From the NCBI GenBank assembly GCA_020160975.1, contig JAIUPJ010000001.1, positions 1-32,000 on the forward strand: a stretch of 32,000 nt of DNA. Reading direction: 5' to 3'. The DNA is from Candidatus Saccharimonadota bacterium. Its GTDB lineage: Bacteria > Patescibacteriota > Saccharimonadia > Saccharimonadales > Saccharimonadaceae. Of this stretch, positions 1 through 6,977 are shown piece by piece. Below the pieces are notes generated by a model. It was not told the DNA's origin and did no database searches. It was given only the letters and a program-made list of their open reading frames with translations. Position 1 is the stretch's first letter; every line of letters begins with the position of its first letter. Position numbers and translations under genes: made by a program.

Positions 1-1
1 A

Positions 2-154
2 GCAACGACCACTCCAGGAGCGGCAGGCGGCTCGCTCGCCAGCACCGGCTTGAATGTTTATGTGCTCCTTGCTCTTGCTGCCACGTTACTCACGAGTGCA
101 ACCGTAATCTGGCGTAAAAGCGTTAAGGTACCAAAACGCGAATCGTTTAGATAA
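2..154 (+). CDS. C-terminal end of a surface protein with a sortase-type cell-wall sorting signal (gene starts upstream of the window)
   Basis: Frame 2 reads ...TTPGAAGGS-LASTG-LNVYVLLALAATLLTSATVIW-RKSVKVPKRESFR*. This is an LAxTG-like motif, a ~21-aa hydrophobic segment and a basic tail. Stop TAA is at 152-154 and a hairpin follows at 191-220. Confidence 0.55.
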   Translation, partial: ATTTPGAAGGSLASTGLNVYVLLALAATLLTSATVIWRKSVKVPKRESFR

Positions 155-190
155 ATAGATGCATCCAGGTAGTTACAACAAAACAGTACA

Positions 191-220
191 TAACACCCCC
201 AGAAGGATCTGGGGGTGTTA
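191..220. terminator. Hairpin between convergent surface-protein gene (+) and tRNA-Leu (-); probable bidirectional terminator
   Basis: Arms TAACACCCCC (191-200) and GGGGGTGTTA (211-220) are perfectly complementary, with a 10-nt loop. On the minus strand it is followed by TGTACTGTTTTGTTG. There is no clear T-tract on the plus side. Confidence 0.55.
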
Positions 221-309
221 TAGCAATATGACCGTGAAAACAAAAAAGTGCTCCACACTGGATCTCATAGGTCTCGTTTATGGAACACTTTTATATCTGT
301 TGTTCAATT

Positions 310-396
310 TGGTGCGGATAAGAGGACTTGAACCTCCACGTACTTGCGTACACTAGCACCTGAAGCTAGCGCGTCTACCAATTCCGCCATATCCGC
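310..396 (-). tRNA. tRNA-Leu (anticodon CAG), class II with long variable arm, CCA encoded
   Basis: Reverse complement is GCGGATATGGCGGAATTGGTAGACGCGCTAGCTTCAGGTGCTAGTGTACGCAAGTACGTGGAGGTTCAAGTCCTCTTATCCGCACCA (87 nt). It has acceptor stem GCGGATA/TATCCGC, anticodon stem CTAGC/GCTAG with loop TTCAGGT, a long extra arm and a GGTTCAAGTCC T-loop. The D and anticodon regions closely resemble E. coli tRNA-Leu(CAG). Confidence 0.92.
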
Positions 397-567
397 ATAA
401 CAAGTAAAATAACGTACAATCGAAGTTTATCGCCATTCTCGGGCAAGACGCGTAGCGCGTCTACGAACACATACGTTTCACGCAGCCGCCACATCCGTAT
501 AGATCAAGCTGTGTAGGTGAGTGCTTTCTTATGTTACAGAAACAGAGATATTTTTACAAGAAAATTA

Positions 568-596
568 TAGACATAAATATAAAAATATGATAGAAT
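568..596 (+). promoter_or_regulatory. Candidate sigma70-type promoter for the 641 ORF
   Basis: TAGACA (568-573), 17-nt spacer, TGaTAGAAT (588-596, extended -10), inside a very AT-rich stretch (541-600). Confidence 0.35.
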
Positions 597-640
597 ATTC
601 GTTATCGTCCAACCGGACGTGACCCGTCTATCCCACACTG

Positions 641-1096
641 ATGTGGGAGATTGGAGCCATCGTGCTCGAGAAAATTGACGTGCAAGCACCGAGCAGGGCA
701 TTCGAGGAGAAGACGAGGTCGATGATCGATCGGGCCATGGCGGCAGCCAAGGTCAAGAAGTTCGATCTCGACGGACGAGCGGTGGCCTACGAGGACTTGT
801 CGACGTGCCTGAAGCGCGTGGTCGACGACATGCTGGCACGAGTCGGCCTCCTGGTCGGCATCGGCGGCAAGGTCTCCGACGCCATCGACAACGGCATCTC
901 CGCCGTTCGCCGCGAGACCAGCCCCTACAGCTCAGGGTCTCGAGACCAGGCTGCAGAGATCGTGCGCAGCATGCTCGGTGACCGTCGGGTTCGCAGGATG
1001 CTGCAGGTTGCGCACGATCGCATGCAGCACCCGTCGAGCCACGAGCGTCGTCGTGTGCGCAACCGTGCACTTCGACCCGTCTCAACGATGGGCTGA
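641..1096 (+). CDS. Hypothetical protein encoded in a GC3-rich island; possibly horizontally acquired and possibly frameshifted near its 3' end
   Basis: 151-aa ORF. About 82% G/C at third codon positions over 641-975 (hand count), versus 50% in the first 60 codons of tuf. The first ~110 aa have ordinary composition and the tail is Arg-rich. It lies between a candidate promoter (568-596) and a terminator (1158-1178). No SD and no recognisable domain. Confidence 0.4.
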   Translation: MWEIGAIVLEKIDVQAPSRAFEEKTRSMIDRAMAAAKVKKFDLDGRAVAYEDLSTCLKRVVDDMLARVGLLVGIGGKVSDAIDNGISAVRRETSPYSSGSRDQAAEIVRSMLGDRRVRRMLQVAHDRMQHPSSHERRRVRNRALRPVSTMG

Positions 1097-1157
1097 TCTA
1101 CTCCAGGGCGGAGCGGTTGAGGCAATTGCAGCCTTCCGCTCCGCTCCGGCAGAACAT

Positions 1158-1178
1158 TCTCCCATGGGGGAGTTTTTT
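1158..1178 (+). terminator. Rho-independent terminator downstream of the GC-rich ORF
   Basis: TCTCCC (1158-1163) pairs with GGGAG (1168-1172) and is followed by TTTTTT (1173-1178). A second GC hairpin GCGGAGCGG...CCGCTCCGC lies just upstream (about 1108-1148). Confidence 0.6.
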
Positions 1179-1196
1179 ATTTGCTACCATGGATAC

Positions 1197-1721
1197 ATGG
1201 ATGATACCCGCAATGTAACAGATGAATTTAAGGGCCTGGCTCACAAAGAAATAGTGGAGGCACTTGATGACCGTGGGGTCGAGTTAGAAATTGCGATCGA
1301 AAATCTTGAAAGGGATTTTAATATGGGGACAATCGTGCGCAGTGCAAATGCGTTTGGAGTACGGACAGTGCATGTTATCGGGCGCAAGCAGTGGAACAAA
1401 CGCGGTGCGATGATGACAGATAAGTATCTGCAGGTACGGTACCATCAGTCTATCGACGCCTTCGTGGCAGCGACGGCAGGGAGGACGCTTGTTGCTGTCG
1501 ACAATGTTGAAAGATCTGTGCCGCTCGCCACGTCACCGCTGCCGCGGGACGCTCTATTGCTTTTTGGCGCCGAAGGCCCGGGAATTTCTGCTGAACTACT
1601 ACAAAAAGCAGCAACAATAGTCGCGATCGAGCAGCTAGGCAGCACACGGAGCTTGAATGTTGGGGTAGCGGCGGGCATCGCTATGTATGCATGGCTGCAA
1701 CAGCAGTACCTAGGGTCGTAG
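1197..1721 (+). CDS. SpoU/TrmH-family RNA 2'-O-ribose methyltransferase
   Basis: Contains the three SPOUT motifs: NMGTIVRSANAFGV, LLFGAEGPGIS and IEQLGSTRSLNVGVAAGIAMY. The ORF-track start at 978 lies inside the GC island and upstream of a terminator, so the start is placed at ATG 1197 (MDDTRNV); ATG 1164 is an alternative. Confidence 0.85.
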   Translation: MDDTRNVTDEFKGLAHKEIVEALDDRGVELEIAIENLERDFNMGTIVRSANAFGVRTVHVIGRKQWNKRGAMMTDKYLQVRYHQSIDAFVAATAGRTLVAVDNVERSVPLATSPLPRDALLLFGAEGPGISAELLQKAATIVAIEQLGSTRSLNVGVAAGIAMYAWLQQQYLGS

Positions 1722-1950
1722 TGAGCTCGCCAATAAACCTACATACCCTATCGGGTCGTGCCAGATAGTAACCATGACTGATGGTTGTTAACCCGTGTCT
1801 CAAGCCCCCTCGCTCCATACCTCACTACGCGTATGGTAGCCTTTACGGAAATACCAAGGTTGCAGTCGCGGTATGGCGTGTCGGAAAGGTTTTGATACTC
1901 GAGTTGGTTATCCTTGCGATTTACTAGTGTTTATGAGTAAATATGAACAC

Positions 1951-3297
1951 ATGGCAAACCTCAGCACCGACCCCTACAAGGGCACGCGAGATTGGTATCC
2001 CGAGCAGATGCGGCTCAGGGAATATATTTTCGCTGTGTGGCGAAGCGTCTCTGAGGGGTACGGCTACGAAGCCTACGACGCGCCGATTCTCGAGCCGATT
2101 GAAATCTATGCTGCCAAAAGTGGCCATGAACTCGTCTCGGAGCAAACCTATATGTTGACCGATCGTGGTGATCGTCAGGTGGCGATTCGCCCAGAACTGA
2201 CTCCTAGTGTCAGTCGCATGATTGCGGCGCGCCAGCAAGAAATCGCTTTTCCGGCTCGTTGGTACAACATTGGACGCTTCATGCGCTATGAGCGCCCTCA
2301 ACGCGGTCGAGAGCGCGAATTTTGGCAGCTGAACTGCGACGTGTTCGGTCTCGAGGGCGCGCAAGCGGAGGCCGAGATTATCGCTATGGGCCACGCAATC
2401 TTGACAAATCTGGGGGCCAACGAGTCGATGTTTTCGATCAAGATCAACAATCGTCGTATCATTAATGTTATGATGGCACACTACCTTGGGCTTGATGCGG
2501 TACAAGCACAGTTGATGATCAAACTGTTCGACAAGAAGAACAAGATTGCGCCCGAGGCCTTTCGCGATCAAGCCATCGAAATATTTGGACAAGACACCGC
2601 GACAAAGGGCCTTCAGAACATTGCTGAACTGCTGGCGGCGCGCACTATGGCCGACCTGCCAGAATCGATTCGCGATAGCGATGCCGTGCGCGAGGTGCAA
2701 GAGCTTTTTACTCAGCTCGAGCGACTCGGTATCAAAAACGCGATATTCGATATCACGCTGATGCGCGGCCTAGACTACTACACTGGCACCGTGTTTGAAT
2801 TCTTTGACACACACCCCGAGAATAATCGCGCGCTGTTTGGCGGGGGTCGTTATGATGGGCTGGTTGGGCTATTTGGTGGCGAGCCGATGAGCGCAGTTGG
2901 GTTTGCCCCCGGGCTGAGCATGACGGAATTATTTCTACAGGTGCACGATCTCGTGCCAGCACTTGCGTCGACAACCGACATCTATATGGTGGTGATTGGC
3001 GAGGCGATGCGTGGAGCGACCAAGATCGCGCAACAATTACGGCAAGAAGGTGTCCATGTCGAGCTCGATATGACCGGACGTAAATTGGACAAGCAACTCA
3101 AGACTGCCGTGAAAAAAAATGTTTCGTTTGTAATGTTTGTAGGTGAGGAAGAGTTAGCTACCGAGGTGTACTCGTTAAAAAACCTCAAAACTGGCGAGGA
3201 AACAAAGCTGAGTCTAGAACGAGTCGTCACGCGCGTGCTTGACCATCGCAACAAGCTTGCTTCTGAAGACGCCGACTTTGCTGTCGAGCGGGCGTGA
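1951..3297 (+). CDS. hisS: Histidine--tRNA ligase (class II)
   Basis: Contains YKGTRDWYP, FMRYERPQRGREREFWQ (motif 2) and GGGRYDGL (motif 3). Start chosen at ATG 1951 (MANLSTDPYKG); in-frame ATG 1933 or 1873 are possible. Confidence 0.93.
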   Translation: MANLSTDPYKGTRDWYPEQMRLREYIFAVWRSVSEGYGYEAYDAPILEPIEIYAAKSGHELVSEQTYMLTDRGDRQVAIRPELTPSVSRMIAARQQEIAFPARWYNIGRFMRYERPQRGREREFWQLNCDVFGLEGAQAEAEIIAMGHAILTNLGANESMFSIKINNRRIINVMMAHYLGLDAVQAQLMIKLFDKKNKIAPEAFRDQAIEIFGQDTATKGLQNIAELLAARTMADLPESIRDSDAVREVQELFTQLERLGIKNAIFDITLMRGLDYYTGTVFEFFDTHPENNRALFGGGRYDGLVGLFGGEPMSAVGFAPGLSMTELFLQVHDLVPALASTTDIYMVVIGEAMRGATKIAQQLRQEGVHVELDMTGRKLDKQLKTAVKKNVSFVMFVGEEELATEVYSLKNLKTGEETKLSLERVVTRVLDHRNKLASEDADFAVERA

Positions 3298-3347
3298 TTT
3301 GAAGGGCGGAGCTTGACGCCCGTCCTTGTTATTGACATAGTGAAAGC

Positions 3348-3932
3348 ATGAACACTATCACGCGCCGCGGCTTTACCTTGATCGAACTACTAGTCGTTAT
3401 CACAGTGATCGTGATCCTCGTGATGATCACGGCGACGATCTACAGAAGTGTGCAAGTTCAAGCCAAAGATACACAGGTCACTGCCGTCGCAGACAAAGTG
3501 GGCGATGCCACTGTCCTTTATATCACTCAGCGGCGTAATCGCATAGCTCCGCCTGCCGGCTTAGGATCTACTGCAGCAATTGGAACAGGGCCTAACTGTA
3601 ACGGAGGCTCTGGTGGCTGGTTCGCGAGCGGCGCATACCCATGCAGTCTTGAGGATGTTCTGGTACTCAATAAATACTTGCCTTCAGGCGTATTGACATC
3701 GTTGTCACAGAGCACGATATTTCCGAACAACACGTATAATTCAAACATTATCGTCGATTCGTTTGATGATACAAATCATCGGTTCATGATATGGTGGCGC
3801 CTAGAGAGTCCGTCGGGTGCTGAAACAGCGAATTTCACTGCACAAATGCAAAAATGTGGGATTAATCCTGCGGGTAGTGTGTCGCAGCGTGACACTTTTG
3901 GCATGAGCAATGCGAAGTGCCTCAGTTACTGA
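3348..3932 (+). CDS. Type IV pilin / pseudopilin with prepilin N-terminal cleavage-methylation motif
   Basis: N-terminus MNTITRRG|FTLIELLVVITVIVILV has a short basic leader, G at -1, F at +1, E at +5 and a hydrophobic helix. The C-terminal domain has Cys residues (NCNGG, PCSLED, KCG, KCL). Confidence 0.85.
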   Translation: MNTITRRGFTLIELLVVITVIVILVMITATIYRSVQVQAKDTQVTAVADKVGDATVLYITQRRNRIAPPAGLGSTAAIGTGPNCNGGSGGWFASGAYPCSLEDVLVLNKYLPSGVLTSLSQSTIFPNNTYNSNIIVDSFDDTNHRFMIWWRLESPSGAETANFTAQMQKCGINPAGSVSQRDTFGMSNAKCLSY

Positions 3933-3942
3933 GAAGACTATC

Positions 3943-3951
3943 TGATATAAT
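3943..3951 (+). promoter_or_regulatory. Extended -10 element (TGaTATAAT) 8 nt upstream of the tig ATG
   Basis: TG at 3943-3944, TATAAT at 3946-3951, ATG at 3960, no SD in between. It is flanked by the inverted repeat CTATCT/AGATAG. Confidence 0.4.
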
Positions 3952-3959
3952 AGATAGTC

Positions 3960-5264
3960 ATGAAATCTACTGTTACAACTATCTCTGATACACGTGTGTC
4001 GGTCGTTATCTCTGTCGACAAAACAGAGCTCGCTGATGCCAAGCAAGTCGCGCTTAAAAAATTATCAAAAAACACCAAGGTTCCGGGGTTTCGCAAAGGT
4101 CATGTGCCGCTAGAAGTCGTTGCCAAGCATGTCGACCCGGCAGCGCTGGCCGAAGAAACCCTCAACAACGCTATCAGTAAGTCAGTCGCTGAGGCGTTCT
4201 TAGGTAATCAAATTCAGGTGTTGGAGCGACCAGAAGTCGAGGTAAAAAAATATGTACCGGGCCAAGAATTGGAGTTTACCGCCGAGGCGGACGTATTGCC
4301 ACAGGTAAAGCTAGGGGATTACAAAAAGCTTACAGCGAAAAAGATTGTAGCAACGGTCACGCCAGATGATGTCGATGATGTCGTGCAGCGGATCCGCAAG
4401 GGATTTGTGAAGAAAAAAGCAGTCAAGCGAGCGGCGCAAATGGGCGACGAAGTCACGATCGACTTTGTCGGCAAAAGGAACGGTCAAGCATTCGATGGCG
4501 GCACCGGTAGCGACTACCCGCTGGAACTTGGCTCAAACTCGTTTATCCCCGGTTTCGAAGAAGCGCTCGTAGGCGTTAAAACTGGGGACAAGAAAGATGT
4601 ACCGCTGACATTTCCCGCTGATTACCATGCTAAAGACCTCGCAGGTCAAGAGGTTGTGTTTGAGGTCACAGTAAAAAGAGTTAGCGAGAACGCATTACCC
4701 GAGCTCAATGACGAGTTGGCTGCAAAGGCTGGGCCATTTACGTCGCTTCAAGAGCTGACCGATGACATAAAGAAAGAGATCGCGGCGCAAAAAGAGCGTG
4801 AAGCTACCGATAAGCTAAAGGACGAGCTGGTGCAGCAATTGGTCGCGAAAAGTAAGGTTGCCGTTCCCGCTAGCCTGCGTGATGATCAAATTCGCTCGCT
4901 TGAGCAAGACTTGAAGCAGAATCTCATGTATCAGGGAATGTCGTTCGACCAGTATCTCGAAGGAAAGGGCTATGCTGACCGCGATGCGTGGGTCAAGGCA
5001 GAGGCTGAGGAAGCGGCGGATAACCGCATCAAGGCCGGGCTGGTACTCGCCGAGCTGAGCAAAGAGCTGAAAACTGAGGCCACCGCTGATGAGCTGGCCG
5101 AACACATTAACACATACAAGTCGCAATACGCCAATAATCCCGACATGGCTAAACGCTTCGACGAACCAGAGACTCAACGGGAAGTTGCTAATCGTCTGAT
5201 TACCGAAAAAACCGTCGACGAGCTTGTGAAACTTAACACTACGAAATCTGCGCAAAAATCATAA
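3960..5264 (+). CDS. tig: Trigger factor (ribosome-associated chaperone / PPIase)
   Basis: 434 aa with the N-terminal ribosome-binding signature VPGFRKGHVP, a central FKBP-like segment (VTIDFVGKRNGQAFDGG...FIPGFEEALVG) and a helical C-terminal arm. Confidence 0.93.
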   Translation: MKSTVTTISDTRVSVVISVDKTELADAKQVALKKLSKNTKVPGFRKGHVPLEVVAKHVDPAALAEETLNNAISKSVAEAFLGNQIQVLERPEVEVKKYVPGQELEFTAEADVLPQVKLGDYKKLTAKKIVATVTPDDVDDVVQRIRKGFVKKKAVKRAAQMGDEVTIDFVGKRNGQAFDGGTGSDYPLELGSNSFIPGFEEALVGVKTGDKKDVPLTFPADYHAKDLAGQEVVFEVTVKRVSENALPELNDELAAKAGPFTSLQELTDDIKKEIAAQKEREATDKLKDELVQQLVAKSKVAVPASLRDDQIRSLEQDLKQNLMYQGMSFDQYLEGKGYADRDAWVKAEAEEAADNRIKAGLVLAELSKELKTEATADELAEHINTYKSQYANNPDMAKRFDEPETQREVANRLITEKTVDELVKLNTTKSAQKS

Positions 5265-5277
5265 GCACACTTTCTAA

Positions 5278-5310
5278 GCAAAAAGCTCCCATTCCACAGG
5301 AGCTTTTTGC
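5278..5310. terminator. Bidirectional Rho-independent terminator between tig (+) and the 5334-5597 gene (-)
   Basis: GCAAAAAGCTCC (5278-5289) and GGAGCTTTTTGC (5299-5310) form a perfect 12-bp stem. A/T runs inside the arms give a U-tract in both orientations. Confidence 0.8.
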
Positions 5311-5333
5311 TACTACAGAATGGGAGCGTACCG

Positions 5334-5597
5334 TTAGGTGTGACTCCGTCCACGGTTAATCCAGTCGGTGATCTTGGATGCGATGTACACAGCTGCAGTG
5401 ACCCCTCCAGCCACCATCACTGTCAAGTCGATGGCAACGCTTACTGAGATCAGGCCATCTGGAATGTTGTTTCTCAACCCCCATTCGGGATTGAGAAGGT
5501 AGAGGGGCGCGAGAGCCATCAGCGCGAGAAGTGCGACGATGAGAGGTGACATGAGGATCAGCACAAGCATCTGACGGGAGCGCTTTGTGTCAAGCAT
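5334..5597 (-). CDS. Small (87 aa) membrane protein, unknown function
   Basis: Strong SD AGGAG lies 5 nt upstream of the ATG (minus strand ...TTAGGAGAATCCATG). It has a basic N-terminus, two to three hydrophobic helices and the C-terminal motif KITDWINRGR. Confidence 0.68.
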   Translation of the reverse strand: MLDTKRSRQMLVLILMSPLIVALLALMALAPLYLLNPEWGLRNNIPDGLISVSVAIDLTVMVAGGVTAAVYIASKITDWINRGRSHT

Positions 5598-5680
5598 GGA
5601 TTCTCCTAACTTGGAAGGAACAAGAGTTACATCATTATAATTACATAGATCCTATATAATGTCAATATGATGTACTTGAA

Positions 5681-5707
5681 CTAGCACTCTGCTTGCTAGA
5701 GTGCTAG
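5681..5707. promoter_or_regulatory. CIRCE-type inverted repeat (HrcA operator) upstream of clpP
   Basis: CTAGCACTC-TGCTTGCTA-GAGTGCTAG compared with the CIRCE consensus TTAGCACTC-N9-GAGTGCTAA. The 9-nt spacer is exact and 16 of 18 arm positions are identical; the two outer positions co-vary. It lies 25 nt upstream of the clpP ATG. Confidence 0.75.
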
Positions 5708-5731
5708 TTTTTATGGTAGACTAGAGACATT

Positions 5732-6328
5732 ATGATGAAACCTCACAATTATTTAGTTCCCAATGTAATTGTAAAAACCCGCGATGGCGAGCGCGGCTAT
5801 GATATCTACTCTCGTTTGCTCGAAGACCGTATCATTTTTCTCGGCGAAGAAGTGAATGAACACACCGCAAATGTGGTGGTAGCGCAGTTGTTGCACCTGG
5901 CAAACGAAGACCCAGATAAAGACATTCACCTCTACATCAACAGCCCAGGTGGCAGCGTCTACGACGGGCTGGCGATCTATGACACCATGAACTTTATCAA
6001 GCCAAATGTGGCTACCTACGGCATTGGCCTGCAGGCGAGTATGGGTGCATTCTTGCTGAGTAGCGGCACCAAGGGTAAGCGGCATCTATTGCCCAATGCT
6101 CGCGTGATGATCCACCAGCCAAGTAGCGGTACGCAGGGTAAAGTAACTGACCAAGAAATTTCACTTAAAGAAGCGATCGAACTAAAAGAAAAGCTGGCTA
6201 CTATGATGGCAAAAAACACCGGCCAGAAGCTCGCCAAGGTAAAAGCCGACATGGAGCGCGACTTTTGGATGAGCGCCAACCAGGCAAAAGACTACGGGAT
6301 TGTCGATCAGGTAATTGACAAACGATAA
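5732..6328 (+). CDS. clpP: ATP-dependent Clp protease proteolytic subunit
   Basis: 198 aa with [35 protein letters not shown] (catalytic Ser) and MIHQPSSG (catalytic His). Confidence 0.95.
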   Translation: MMKPHNYLVPNVIVKTRDGERGYDIYSRLLEDRIIFLGEEVNEHTANVVVAQLLHLANEDPDKDIHLYINSPGGSVYDGLAIYDTMNFIKPNVATYGIGLQASMGAFLLSSGTKGKRHLLPNARVMIHQPSSGTQGKVTDQEISLKEAIELKEKLATMMAKNTGQKLAKVKADMERDFWMSANQAKDYGIVDQVIDKR

Positions 6329-6343
6329 CACTTGAAGTATAAT
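6315..6343 (+). promoter_or_regulatory. Consensus sigma70-type promoter (inside the clpP 3' end) for the 6400 ORF
   Basis: TTGACA (6315-6320), 17-nt spacer, TATAAT (6338-6343). Confidence 0.6.
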
Positions 6344-6399
6344 ATATATTCGGGCAATGCGGCATGCATCGTCTCTGACTCCTCTGAAAGGTGACTTCT

Positions 6400-6729
6400 A
6401 TGTCCGTTTCGACGGCAATTGCACTGTTGTTCCTTGCTGGAACGTGGATGTGCGTTCGTAAAGGCTCGGATGCCTTGAGACACTCCAGCCAGATCAGAAA
6501 TCGCGGCCGTGCAGCCTTCCAAGGGAGGGCTGACGAGCGGAGCTTCGACGCCTCGCTGTGGTTTCTCGGCGCATCGCTTCTTGTCGTCGGGGCTGCAGTG
6601 GCCCTCAGCCGTAACAACGGTCACCCGCAAACGGTTGAATTACCGTTCTACCTCGGCGGTATCGGCTCGTTCTTCTCACTGCTTGGCGCCATCAACGCGC
6701 TGAATCGGCGAAGAAAGCCAGGCGACTAG
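6400..6729 (+). CDS. Small (109 aa) membrane protein, unknown function
   Basis: The ORF lies between a consensus promoter and a very strong terminator. SD AAAGGTG lies about 8 nt upstream of ATG 6400 (the track starts at GTG 6391). It has three hydrophobic segments and a basic C-terminus NRRRKPGD. GC is about 60%. Confidence 0.55.
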   Translation: MSVSTAIALLFLAGTWMCVRKGSDALRHSSQIRNRGRAAFQGRADERSFDASLWFLGASLLVVGAAVALSRNNGHPQTVELPFYLGGIGSFFSLLGAINALNRRRKPGD

Positions 6730-6746
6730 GAGACGTACCCTACGGG

Positions 6747-6789
6747 TGTTCTGGCCGCGCGAACCTGCGCGGCCAGAACATCTTTTTTT
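6747..6789 (+). terminator. Rho-independent terminator
   Basis: TGTTCTGGCCGCGC (6747-6760) and GCGCGGCCAGAACA (6767-6780) form a perfect 14-bp stem with a 6-nt loop, followed by TCTTTTTTT. Confidence 0.9.
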
Positions 6790-6790
6790 G

Positions 6791-6819
6791 TTGACAAGCA
6801 AAGGCAAAGTCTCTATACT
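6791..6819 (+). promoter_or_regulatory. Consensus sigma70-type promoter for rpoB-rpoC
   Basis: TTGACA (6791-6796), 17-nt spacer, TATACT (6814-6819), immediately after the preceding terminator. This leaves a leader of about 150 nt before rpoB. Confidence 0.65.
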
Positions 6820-6977
6820 AAATAGTAATGAAGATTGTGTAACGTGGGTCAATGGTATACCGCGCCTATGGCGTGGCGTTTTGGTATGTGTAGACTCTAT
6901 CGTTAGTAAAGCTTCGGCGCCAAGCAAATGCGAGCTATCGCCTCCGTCGTGTCTGACCCACACCGACCGAGGAATAT

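Noticed and set aside
368-464. 11-nt repeat AGCGCGTCTAC, present in the tRNA-Leu D-arm region (368-378) and again at 454-464 inside a small palindrome. It was considered as an att-site or partial tRNA duplication from an integrated element
   Set aside because: It is too short. It duplicates the 5' rather than the 3' part of the tRNA. No integrase or other mobile-element gene is nearby.
753-1125. Minus-strand ORFs 753-1085 and 925-1125 in the GC-rich island
   Set aside because: Their translations are Arg/Cys/Pro-rich, which is typical of off-frame reading of high-GC DNA. The promoter and terminator orientation favours the plus strand.
978-1196. N-terminal 73 codons of track ORF 978-1721, which would fuse the GC-rich island to the SpoU methyltransferase
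   Set aside because: The extension is Cys/Arg-rich and overlaps the 641 ORF. It also runs through a terminator hairpin with a T-tract (1158-1178). SPOUT homology begins only after ATG 1197. It is kept only as a hint of a frameshifted remnant in the island.
1722-1950. Possible T-box or attenuator leader in the 229-nt gap upstream of hisS. CCATAC at 1815-1820 can pair with GTATGG at either 1831 or 1871
   Set aside because: There is no convincing T-box sequence; the nearest matches, GGGTCGTGCC and AAGGTTGCAGTCGCGG, are poor or misplaced. There is no clear specifier loop and no terminator hairpin with a U-tract before the start codon. It may still be a structured leader, but I cannot support a class.
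6201-6630. Minus-strand ORFs 6201-6617 and 6307-6630 opposite the 6400-6729 ORF
   Set aside because: They overlap the clpP 3' end and run against the consensus promoter and terminator pair that brackets the plus-strand ORF. There is no SD and the composition is Arg/Ser/Pro-rich.
6860-6882. Small hairpin CCGCGCC-TAT-GGCGTGG followed by CGTTTTGG in the rpoB leader, considered as an attenuator like the E. coli rplL-rpoB attenuator
   Set aside because: It has only 7 bp including a G-U pair, a 3-nt loop and a short interrupted T-run. That is too weak to call without structure or expression data.
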